DNA from: Octopus sinensis
Lineage: Eukaryota
Direction of reading: 5' to 3'
NCBI RefSeq assembly: GCF_006345805.1
Contig: NC_043010.1
Coordinates: 67,704,001 to 67,768,000, forward strand
DNA length: 64,000 bases
This document shows, piece after piece, positions 38,696 through 50,067 of this stretch. The position numbers were made by a program, and so were the translations under genes. The number at the start of each line of letters is the position of its first letter. Positions within the stretch are counted from its first letter, which is position 1. The notes beneath the pieces are model-generated. The model searched no databases. It was not told the origin of the DNA and saw nothing but the letters and a program-made list of their open reading frames with translations.

Positions 38696-39755
38696 TGTTA
38701 AATAAAATGAGACAACAAAGCCAAAGTTGTGTGGAATTTTCAGGACATTTACAAAGAGAAACTTAGTCTTACAGCTGTTTCTGGGACGATGTGAGATGGT
38801 TAAATAGAGGTAAATATTTGAGTTCAGTATGAGGAGTTATTTTGGAAAAGGAAGCAAATAAGGAGTATATAGTGAAATAGGAGAATGAATGTAGAAATAA
38901 AAATGAAAAATGATGTTATAGCTGCAGTTCCATTATCCAAGGAAAGTGGTGTGTAGAAGTGGTAGAAGCACTTCCTGTTCATATTTCTTTATACATTTTT
39001 ATTTTTATTTCTTCATTCTCCTATTTCCCTATTTTCTCCTTATTTGTTTCCTTTTCCAAATTAACTCCTGTATTGAGCTCTAATATTTCCCTCTATTTAA
39101 CCATCTCACATCGTCTCTGATGAAGGGATCATCATCATTGTTCAATGCTGGCGTGGGTTGGATGGTTTGACTTAGGACTGGTGAGCCAAAGGCTGCACCA
39201 GGCTCAATCTGGTCTGTCAAGGTTTCTACTGCTGGATGCCCTTCCTAACGCCAATCACTCTGAGAGTGTAGTGGGTGCTTTTACGTGCCACCGGCACGAT
39301 GGCCAGTCAGGCAGTTCTGGCAACGACCACGCTCACACTCAAAAGATGTTTTTACGTGCTACCTGCATGGGAGCCAGTCCGGTGGCACTGGCAATGACCA
39401 TGCTTGAATGCTGTTTTTCACATGCCACTGGCACATGTGCTGGTAAGGCAACGCTGGCAAAGATCATGCTCAAATGGTGCTTTTTACATGCCACCAGCAT
39501 GGGAGCCAATCCATGGCCTTGGCAACAATTACACTCAGATGTGCTTTTAAGGTTCCACTGGCATGAATGCCAATCAGGTGGTACTGTCATTGACCACGTC
39601 AGTGATTTTGGTTCGTTTACACTTGCCTCAATAGGTCTTCGCAAGCAAAGGGATATCCCTAATATCTCAGAAACAGCTGCAAGACTATCTTTTTCTTCAT
39701 GAATGTTCTGAAAACTCCACACAGCCTTGGCTTTGTTGTCTCATTTTATTTAACA
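38696..39755. mobile_element. Foldback element with hammerhead-bearing inverted arms (Penelope-like derivative), interrupted by a SINE
   Basis: Arms about 38696-38912 and 38994-39755; hammerhead core split across 39113-39129 and 39655-39685; SINE C at 39130-39647 with TSD AAGGGAT. Confidence 0.7.
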
Positions 39756-40386
39756 CTAGCACTATGACCCGGCGTTGCCAGGTCATAGTGCCAGTGCATA
39801 CATATACAGCTGCATGCATGCGCACATACACGCGAGTACTGTCCAAATCTCCGACCAATCACATACAGCTAGCTGGCATTCAATTGGTGTATCAAGTTTC
39901 GGGCATTTTCATTGGGTTTTGGATAGAAAATTCACAAAAAAGTCACTTCTATTGATTTTTTTAATGGCTTTGCGGGGTGACTTTGTGGGGAAATGTAAAG
40001 ATATGCACGACCACCCTTGGACGGTTTTGAATGACCATAGAAAGTGCGAGCCCTCTAACTGAAAAATTGTGGATTTGTATAAAGGACACACACACAGACA
40101 GACATTTTTCCGTTTATATATAGAGACTAGCAGTTGCACACTGTGTGTGTGCGTTTGCGTGTGGTGTAAACCAGACTAAGAAAAGCATTTGACACACACA
40201 CCAGAATGTGAGTTTTCTGTAAATTTTGCTTAATTGGAGTTTAAATTTTAAAAACTGGACCTGGCATGACGCGATGCATTGTACTCTTAAAAATGCTAGG
40301 TAAATTGTAATTGAAGAAATCCTATATTGTAGATTTGTATAACTCCCAAAGGGAGGCAGATAAAATCTGCCTTTTATAATAAGAGA
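39756..40386 (-). mobile_element. Two tandem non-autonomous Helitron-like elements
   Basis: Minus-strand 5' TC starts and 3' CTAG ends at 39756-39759 and 40127-40130; CAACGCCGGG subterminal motif in the first. Confidence 0.65.
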
Positions 40387-40543
40387 TATACATGCTCATA
40401 CAAGACTCGCATTAGACTCCTCACTCATATAATTATCGAAACGAAAGTTTAACTACGGTCCTTCCATAGCATTTACATAGCGTTACCTGCCACCTTGGGT
40501 CTTCTGGATACCAATACTTCTCATATATATAATTATGTATATG

Positions 40544-40756
40544 TACAGCGTGGCCCAAAATTAGGTTTACAATTATCACTTAGGCACTTTCAATTTCTTT
40601 TAAAACATTCTATTACATTTAAATTTCTACCTTACAATTAACTAACTTAGCATAGAATACTGGTTTCATACTTTATAATTAAGATCTAAATTGTTGATAT
40701 ATGAATGTGAAAGAGATAGTTGAAGAACTGTAAACCTACCTTTGGGCCACCCTGTA
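40544..40756. mobile_element. Tc1/mariner MITE
   Basis: TIRs TACAG(C/G)GTGGCCCAAA..AGGTTTACA / TGTAAACCT..TTTGGGCCACCCTGTA. Confidence 0.8.
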
Positions 40757-40959
40757 TATATGTGTGTGTCATAATTTTTCTTTCTCATTTTGTACGCATG
40801 TCTATATGCACATGTGTGTGTATGTATATGTACACAGACACACGTATGCATATTCTTTTTTTTTTATTTTTTTATTTTATTTTTTTTATTAAAGACTGTG
40901 TATGAATATTCACACGAGTATCCTAAATTATTTGAAAGCACAAACGATTTCTGAGTCGG

Positions 40960-41260
40960 CCAAGCTTACCCTAGTTTCCTATTTCTCAATTTAACTGTGG
41001 AGTTAACTAGTCGTTTGTTTTCTCTTAAAAGACACAGGATGGCTGAGTGTTATTAAGACAAACACGACTGTGTGTCAATTGATTTTCCTTTCAATTTTGA
41101 TTGGTTGTGTGACAGTTGTTATTGACATTAGGAGGCTAGATAAGACAAGACAGGCAACAAAGCTTTACAGTCATAGTTTGCTACCTCGTGTATCCAGGTC
41201 TAATTTTGTAGCTATTAGCCCTTAAGTACTGGAATCCTCAGAGCTTCATTAAGGTAAGTG
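40960..41260. promoter_or_regulatory. Candidate promoter / non-coding first exon upstream of MFSD13A
   Basis: Unique sequence with ATTGG (CCAAT) near 41100, consensus + donor AAG|GTAAGT at 41253 and minus donor AGG|GTAAGC at 40970. Confidence 0.3.
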
Positions 41261-42522
41261 TATTGTTTTACATATAGTGAAGGCATGTGGGTAAGGTGTT
41301 TGGCACATGATCACAAGGTAGTGAGTTCAATTTCCAGTGGTACATTATATCCTTGAGTAAAACACTTTATTTCACATTGCTTCTGTATTTCAAAGGACCG
41401 GCTTTGTCACATTCTCTGTCACGCTGAGAACTATATTTAGGGTATTCATGTCTTATTTCTTTATTGCCCACAAGGAGCTAAACATAGAGGGGACAAACAA
41501 GGACAGACAAAGGGAATAAGTTGATTAGATCGACCCCAGTACATAACTGGTACTTAATTTATCGACCCCGAAAAGATGAAAAGCAAAGCCGACCTTGGCG
41601 GAATTTGAACTCGGAACGTAGCGGCAGACGAAATGCTGCTAAGCATTTCGCCAGGCGTGTTAACGTTTCTTATTTCTTTATTGCCCACAAGAGACTAAAC
41701 ACAGAGGGGACAAACAAGGACAGACAAAGAGAATGAGTCGATTACATTGACCCCAGTGCGTAACTGGTACTTAATTTATCGACCCCCGAAAGGATGAAAG
41801 GCAAAGTTGACCTCAGTGGAATTTGAACTGAGAACGTACTCACAGACGAAATGCTGCTAAGCATTTCACTCAGCGTGCTAACGTTTCTGTGGGCTTGCCA
41901 CCTTGTTAAAGGTATTCGTGTCTGTGGGGTGCTCAGCCACTTGTGTGTTGGTTTCCTGGGCAGTTTATTATCTTGATCTGATCAACTGGAACCCCTGCTG
42001 TCATAGCCAATGGAGTGCCAATTCATTTGTAATAAAATTTTTAAAAAATTTTTTTTTATGGGAATACATTATTATTTAAGAACACCTGTGACTGACAGGA
42101 ATTACTCACAGGGGACAGTGCATCAAAAGTGATTTAGTGTTTACATATTCAACGTAGTGAGCAGGGCTGAATTTACATATGAACTACGTACCCCAAAGAG
42201 AGGGGGAAAGAGAGAGAGATCTAAAGCTTGTAATTAAGAATTTAAAAAAATATATCTATAGCAATCAAATAAATCATTTGTAACATGTATTTTACTTACT
42301 CTTTTACTTGTTTCAGTCATTTGACTGTGGCCATGCTGGAGCACCGCCTTTAGTCGAGCAAATCAACCCCAGGACTTATTCTTTGTAAGCCCAGTACTTA
42401 TTCTATCGGTCTCTTTTGCCGAACCGCTAAGTGACGGGGACGTAAACACACCAGCATCGGTTGTCAAGCAATGCTAGGGGGACAAACACAGACACACACA
42501 CACACACATATATATACATATA

Positions 42523-42904
42523 CTAGCAGTATCGCCCGGCGTTGCTCGGGTTTGTAAGGGAAATAACTATAAAGCATTTTTAGAGAGTTATAGCCAAATA
42601 ATAGCAAAAAGATGGAAAAAAATTATGGTAATTTTTTTTTTAGTTAAAAAAGGTGGAGTTGCGTCCCCTAGACAGTTTGCGGTTTGTGTTTCTGATTCTC
42701 GACCCCATGTCGAATTTATCGATTTTTTTCAGAACTGGGGGAACTTTTCAAAATTTTCGCTGCGTTAGTTTTGAATTATGACATTGGGCTATGTGTGTGT
42801 CAAGTTTCATCAGAGTCGGTTGAAAGCCGTGGTCAGGGTGAGGGTACAACCTAACAGACACACAGAAACACGCACAGACAAACTGCCGTTTATATAGAGA
42901 GAGA
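42523..42904 (-). mobile_element. Non-autonomous Helitron inserted in the microsatellite of a family A SINE (42295-43060)
   Basis: A|TC ... CCCGAGCAACGCCGGG hairpin ... CTAG|T with no TSD. Confidence 0.8.
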
Positions 42905-43753
42905 TATGACAGGCTTCTTTCAGTTTCCGTCTACCAGATCCACTCACAAGGCATTGGTCGGCCCGGGACTATAGCAGAAGACACTTGCCCAAGATGCCAC
43001 ACAGTGGGACTGAACCCGGAACCATGTGGTTGGTTAGCAAGCTACTTACCACACAGCTACGTTTAAATTTTTTAATTGCATAGAGTTCATTTAAAAGTAT
43101 TGAGCCCTTTTTTGATTTATTGGGCTCTTTCAGGTTTAAAAAGATATTAAATTTGATTGAGTCCCTCTGATTCTACCAAGGCCTTTTAAGTTTAGAGGCT
43201 TCTTCAAACTGTTTAGGGACCCCCTTTATTATCTTAATACAAAATTTGTATTCACAAAATCATAGAAACTCCCAAAACCTATTAGTACAGGGCCCCACCC
43301 GGTCTAAATCCAGCCCTGGTTGTGAGCAAATTCTGGGACAAGGTCAGCAATATTATGCGTAGGGGGTTAGTTGATTTACATCAACCCCAGTACTTGATTG
43401 GTACTTATTTTATTGACCCAGAAAGGATGAAAGGCAAAGACAGCCTTGGTGGGATTTGAACCTAGTACACAAGGCTGGAAGAAATGCTGTTAAGCATTTT
43501 GCCTGACATGCTAATGATTCTGCCAACTCACTGATTTAACAATAATGATAATAATCCTTTCTACTATAGGCACAAGACCTGAAATTTTGGGGGAGCTGAC
43601 TAGTCAATAACATTGACCCCAGTGTTTCACTGGTTCTTAATTTATCGACCCAGAAAGTCGACCTTGGTGGAATTTGAACTCAGAACATGAAGACAGACTA
43701 AATGTCACTTAACATTTTGCCCAGTATGCTAACAATTTTGTCTGCTCACTGCC

Positions 43754-43790
<37 letters not shown>

Positions 43791-44677
43791 TCGTATTAAC
43801 TGGAACAGCTCATGTACTGAGAAGAGCATTATCGTTGTGAAAACAACATCCATCCATGAATTTATTTATTTATTAATTTTTTAAGTACATATTTTGTCTG
43901 TGAATTTGCGTGTGTAATCTGGTAATACATACAATGAGCTTCTCTGCCCTAGGTGTATGGAAAACACTCGGCAAGAAATGGAAGAAAATTTGAAGAAAGA
44001 AGGAAAATAATAATAATAATAATCTTTTCTGCTCTAGGCATGGCTGCAGTTAGACGACTGAAACAAGTAAAAGAATAAAAGAATATCTACTAAACTAGAT
44101 GTTTTGAATAAAAATTAACATCAAATTTGGATGGCAGCTTTTAATATAGATTACTGTGAAACAAGAAGTTTTTATCATTGAACCAGGGACCGTTTCAGAT
44201 GGGTTGGTACCAAAAGGTTTAAAACTGAACCACATACAGTATTTTGGAATAATAAAAGGTCTTGAAATGTTTCATAGAACCAAATTATCTTTAAGCTTTT
44301 GGCATTCAGATTTCTCTGTCAAATGTAGTTCTTATTTATTCTTGTTGTTTTGAATTAATCATTCATAACTTCGAAGCTTCAGGATTTTGATGCGGTGGTA
44401 GTTTATTTTTAGGTTGACATTGTAGGATAAGTGTGAGGGGCTGGATCAGGCCAGATTGACCATAAAACAGGTAAATTATTGGGCCAGGTACAATCAGTTT
44501 AAATGCTAAAGGATTAAGAGTGGATCAACAACTTTATTCTGTAATTTGATTTTAATAAAATGTTTAGTTTCCTCTCCTTGTTGTACTCCTACATTGAAAT
44601 GCCATCTCAAACTCCAGTGGGTGCCAGCACCCCAGGGTGGGGATCTTTGATGCAGAGGCTTCCTTATTGATTCAAGG

Positions 44678-45199
44678 TACCATAAATCCTCATGTATAAT
44701 CCACACTTTTTTCCCAAAATTTAAAGGTCAAAATCCCTAGTGCGTACTATATACGAGGTTAAAAATGAAAATTATTTTCTAAGCAATGTCCGAGTCTCTA
44801 TTTGCTGTCTGGCAATGTTTATTCAGACGCATTTTGTGACGTCCGGCACGAAAATACCTCAAGCTAAGCCTGAAAGCAATGAAGTCATAAAAGAATCATC
44901 CATAACTTGCAGTAAGCAACATTTATTAAAATAAAAGTATTCAGAACACAGAATAACATATAAAAACAATTTGCATACATATTTACATTCCCATATAACA
45001 GTTAAGAACATCACCATTATTGCATTACGCATGTGCGGAAGTGTTTGTTCAACTAGGTGCTGCTGGCTTAATTACGCACGACTCAAGCTAGAGAAGGGGT
45101 GCATATTATACACAAGGTTTAGGTTTTTCAGAGGTACAGCCCCCTAAAAATCCCCTACGTATTATACTCAAGGGCGGGCTATACTCGAGGATTTACTGT
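44678..45199. mobile_element. Tc1/pogo-type element, second copy
   Basis: Same TIRs and body as 7016-7532. Confidence 0.75.
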
Positions 45200-45722
45200 T
45201 AGAGCTGATCAACAACTTTATCCTGTAATTTGGTTTTAATAAAATGTTTAGTTTCCTCTCCTTGTTGTACTCCTTCCTTATCTCAAACTCCACTGGGTGC
45301 CAGCACCCCAGGGTGGGGATCTTTGATGCAGAGGCTTCCTTATTGATTCAGTATAGTTGAAATATTTGCATTTCAAAGGCAGACAGTCTATTATTCATCA
45401 CTTTAAACTTTGTCTTTTAAAATAATTCTCCATGGTTTATCTCTTTATTAATTGTCTTCTCGTACTTCATCTGATTTTGTCTTTGTTCTCTTTTTCTTTT
45501 CTTTTAGAGCCCAGTCCGATGAGAGAAGAGAAATTCCTGAGAGAGTCTCAAAATTTGTAACCAAATGAACCCAGAAACAAGAAGCATCCCTTACTCTATA
45601 CAAGACACTATTCAACTTTTGAATGCTTCTTGTAAAGCAACACACTTCTTTGATTATATCTTTTTGTTTGTCTTACTATTACAAGTCTCTTTGATATGAT
45701 AGAATTCCTGGGAGACTTCAAA

Positions 45723-46597
45723 ATGGCAAACACAGGCATTCCTCTGGATATTTGTTATGGTTCATTATCATTGTTCACCACAATTCTTCACAACATTTTC
45801 CTTCTCTACCATGTCGACATGTTCGTGTCCTTTTATAAAATCGACAAACTTTCCTTTTGGATTGGGGAATCCATATTCCTCGTGTGGAATTCCTTGAACG
45901 ACCCACTTTTCGGCTGGCTCAGCGATCGCCAATACCTCTCACCACAACCAACAGCATTTTCTTTCAAAAGCAACGAACCGTACTCCAAAACCAATACAGG
46001 CTCCTCGTCGTCGTCCAAAGAAGAAAATCTCTACACATACAACAAATCCAAATACAGCGAAAAGACATTCCCATCGAGTTATTCCAACTACAGCAAGATC
46101 AGCAACCGACAGAGCAATCAAGAACTATTACAGTCCGAACCGAATTCTATCAATGCATCGATAATATCACACCGCCTCAACTCCCTTGCATGGAATGGAC
46201 CCCTGTTTGCTATTTCCTTTGCCCTCTTCTGGGTATCGTGGCTGTCACCTGGCTTACAGTTTGTCGTTTGTCTCTGCCTCTACGACAGTTTCTTGACTTC
46301 GGTTGATCTCCAGCACAATGCTCTCTTAGCGGACTTGGCCATATCAGCGGACGTACGGACACGGCTTAATGCCTGCAGTGCAATCTTTAGTGCCTTTGGA
46401 TCTGTGTCAGTATTTGTATCTTATGCTGTTTGGCACCGAGAAAACCTTGTATCATTCCGTGCCTTTTGTTTGTTCCTATCCGTTTTATCCATCTTAGGGT
46501 TCTACGTCGGAATCCGTCTCCTAAGGACAGCAGCCATTCCTCTCTGTTCAAAAACTTCATCTGTGACTGTAGAAAATACACAGTCAAAACTTTCTAG
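45723..46597 (+). CDS. MFSD13A: MFS domain-containing protein 13A (TMEM180), coding exon 1
   Basis: Contains [36 protein letters not shown] and [24 protein letters not shown], recognised as TMEM180. ATG 45723 has context aaaATGG (alternative ATG at 45696). Donor TAG|gtacat, phase 2. Confidence 0.93.
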
Positions 46598-46761
46598 GTA
46601 CATTTTTTTTAAATCTAAATATTTTCATCACCACCACTATCATCATCATCCTCATTTTAATGTTCACTTTTCCATGCTTGCAGGAGTTGAATGAAATTTA
46701 TTGAGGCAGATTTTTTGTCACAACCTGTCACCTGTTTTCAAGCTTTGTAAATATTTTCCCC

Positions 46762-46929
46762 AGGAGTGGCTGTGTGATAAGTAGCATGTTTGTCAACCAC
46801 ATGGTTCTGGATTCATTTCCACTGCATGGCACCTTGGGCAAATGTCTTCTACTATAGCCTCAGGCCGACCAAAGCCTTGTGAGTGGATTTGGTAGAGGCA
46901 AACTGAAAGAAGCCTGTCGTATATATGTA

Positions 46930-46976
<47 letters not shown>

Positions 46977-47400
46977 ATGTGTATATGTTTGTGTATCTGT
47001 GTTTGTCCCACCATCATCGCTTGACAACTGATGCTGGTGTGTTTACATCCCCGTAATTTAGCAGTTCGGCAAAAGAGTCCAATAGAATAAGTACTAGGCT
47101 TACAAAGAATAAGTCCTGGGGTCGATTTGTTTGACTGAAGGCGATGCTCCAGCATGGCCGCAGTCAATATATGTGTGTGTGTGTGTATGTGTATATGTTT
47201 GTGTATCTGTGTTTGTCCCACCATCATCGCTTGACAACTGATGCTGGTGTGTTTACGTCCCCGTAATTTAGCAGTTCAGCAAAAGAGAGTGATAGAATAA
47301 GTACTTGGCTTACAAAGAATAAGTCCTGGTGTCGATTTGCTTGACTGAAGGCAGTGCTCCAGCATGGCCGCAGTCAAATGACTGAAGCAAGTAAAAGAGT
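46762..47400 (+). mobile_element. SINE family A with a tandemly duplicated 3' half
   Basis: Block gtgtatctgtgtttgtcccaccatc..gccgcagtcaa occurs twice, period about 200 bp. Confidence 0.85.
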
Positions 47401-47695
47401 ATGGCCAGACACGTTTTCAGGTGTGCTGCCAAATTTTGAAAAGAATAATAAGCGTACTGCAAGTGGAAAAAAGGTTGCGGATCACTGCTTTAGAGACTGA
47501 AAGCTTAATTGCATAGACAACTACTACTGATTGTCCTTACAAAAGAAAAACATGATCAGGTTTTTAAACAAGTGACTGAAACCTTTTGTGTGACTTGATC
47601 TTATCAGCAAATGAAGATGTCCCAAACAGGTTGTTGCAGCAAATTTTTTTCCTAACTGGGCCATGATGAAAAACTTCTTTTTTTTTTTTTTGCCT

Positions 47696-49408
47696 TTAAC
47701 CCTTTCGCTACTGTATTTATATTGAGATACTCTGTTTCTTTCAATTACTTTAAATATAACAAAGAATTTAGTAAAATAACTTAGTTATCATTAAGCTAGT
47801 GTTAGGAACATAAATTGTGACTAAGGTTTGTTGGAAGATTTTAATTCAGAACTTATGAAAACAAGACATTTGTACTCAGAGCCATAGGCGGTTTCAGCCG
47901 GGTTGGTAACGAAAGGGTTAAGAATTGTTTCTCTATTATATATTTTAACCCTTTCATTACTGTATTTATTTTGAGATGCTCTGTGTTTCTTTCAATTACT
48001 TTAAATATAACAAGAATTTAGTAAAATAACTTAGTTATCATTAAGCTAGTGTTAGGAACATAAATTGTGACTAAGGTTTGTTGGAAGATTTTAATTCAGA
48101 ACTTATGAAAACAAGACATTTGTACTCAGAGCCATAGGCGGTTCAGCAGCCGGGTTGGTAACAAAAGGGTTAAGAATTGTTTCTCTATTATATTTAACCC
48201 TTTCATTACTGTATTTATTTTGAGATGCTCTGTGTTTCTTCAATTACTTTAAATAAACAAAGAATTAGTAAAATAACTTAGTTATCATTAGCTAGTGTTA
48301 GGAACATAAATTGTGACTAAGGTTTGTTGGAAGATTTTAATTCAGAACTTATGAAAACAAGACATTTGTACTCAGAGCCATAGGTGGTTTCACCGGGTTG
48401 GTAACGAAAGGGTAAGAATTGTTTCTCTATTATATATTTTAACCCTTTCGTTACTGTATTTATTTTGAGATGCTCTGTGTTTCTTTAAATTAATTTTAAA
48501 TATAACAAAGAATTTAGTAAAATAACTTAGTTATCATTAAGCTAGTGTTAGGAACATAAATTGTGACTAAGGTTTGTTGGAAGATTTTAATTCAGAACTT
48601 ATGAAAACAAGACATTTGTACTCAGAGCCATAGGCGGTTTCAGCCGGGTTGGTAACGAAAGGGTTAAGAATTGTTTCTCTATTATATATTTTAACCCTTT
48701 CATTACTGTATTTATTTTGAGATGCTCTGTGTTTCTTTCAATTACTTTAAATATAACAAAGAATTTAGTAAAATAACTTAGTTATCATTAAGCTAGTGTT
48801 AGGAACATAATTGTGACTAGGTTTGTTGGAAGATTTTAATTCAGAACTTATGAAAACAAGACATTTGTACTCAGAGCCATAGGCGGTTTCAGCCGGGTTG
48901 GTAACGAAAGGGTTAAGAATTGTTTCTCTATTATATATTTTAACCCTTTCATTACTGTATTTATTTTGAGATGCTCTGTGTTTCTTTCAATTACTTTAAA
49001 TATAACAAAGAATTTAGTAAAATAACTTAGTTATCATTAAGCTAGTGTTAGGAACATAAATTGTGACTAAGGTTTGTTGGAAGATTTTAATTCAGAACTT
49101 ATGAAAACAAGACATTTGTACTCAGAGCCATAGGCGGTTTCAGCCGGGTTGGTAACGAAAGGGTTAAGAATTGTTTCTCTATTATATATTTTAACCCTTT
49201 CGTTACTGTATTTATTTTGAGATGCTCTGTGTTTCTTTAAATTAATTTTAAATATAACAAAGAATTTAGTAAAATAACTTAGTTATCATTAAGCTAGTGT
49301 TAGGAACATAAATTGTGACTAAGGTTTGTGGAAGATTTTTATTCAGAACTTATGAAAACAAGACATTTACACTCAGAGCTAGAGCCGGGTTGGTAACGAA
49401 AGGGTTAA
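47696..49408. repeat. Tandem array of 7 TTAA-flanked MITEs with a constant ~23-bp spacer
   Basis: Unit starts at 47700, 47949, 48198, 48443, 48695, 48944 and 49195; 12-bp TIR CCCTTTCGTTAC. Confidence 0.95.
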
Positions 49409-49905
49409 CCCTCCAACATGGAGTATAGGCCACTTATAGTTGAATTCCATGTCGCATAATTTTTCGCTTCTGTACTAATACTCTGCCATGAATGTCCCCC
49501 TTTCTCTTGTTCCTTTTGTGTTGATCTCCGCCATGAGTTCTTAGGCCTACCTCTCTTTCTATATCCATCCAGATTCCACTGTAAAGCACTTTCCGCTACA
49601 TTTGGTGTGTCTTTTCTAATTGTGCAACCAATCCACTTCCACTTTTTCTTAAATATTTGCTCCCTAATCAAAACTTCATTTGTTCTTTGCCATAACTCCA
49701 TATTGCTTGTGTGTTTGGGCCATCTTATTTTAAGTATACTACGCAAGCATCTGTTGATGAATGATTGTATTTGCTTATTTCACTTAACTGTTGTTCGCCA
49801 TGTCTCAGCCCCATACAATAACACCGCTTTTGCGTTAGTGTTAAAAATTCTTATTTTGTTCTTTATTGAAATTACACTTGCGCTCCATACTTTTTTTAAT
49901 CTACT
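49405..49905 (-). mobile_element. RTE-clade LINE 3' fragment
   Basis: AVLLYGAETW..LRSILKIRW..WKWIGCTIRK..QWNLDGYRKRGRPKNSWRR, typical of an RTE ORF C-terminus. Confidence 0.85.
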
Positions 49906-50067
49906 CTCTTACTTACATTAAGTGATCAGATAACTTTGAAGGGGAACAGCAAGGTTGGTTTGATTTACACTGTCAGATTCATATGATTAAAGAGTCTGTG
50001 GGATTTGTTTTTCTTATCTAAAAATAACTAATTTAATGAATTTTAAATCAAAACAAATTTGATTGGT

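Noticed and set aside
46598-46694. His-rich C-terminus of the 332-aa ORF
   Set aside because: Intron read-through past the donor at 46597; the homologous protein continues at 54930.
47696-49408. CRISPR-like repeat/spacer appearance
   Set aside because: Repeats are about 220 bp with TIRs, spacers are essentially identical, the host is a eukaryote, and there are no cas genes.
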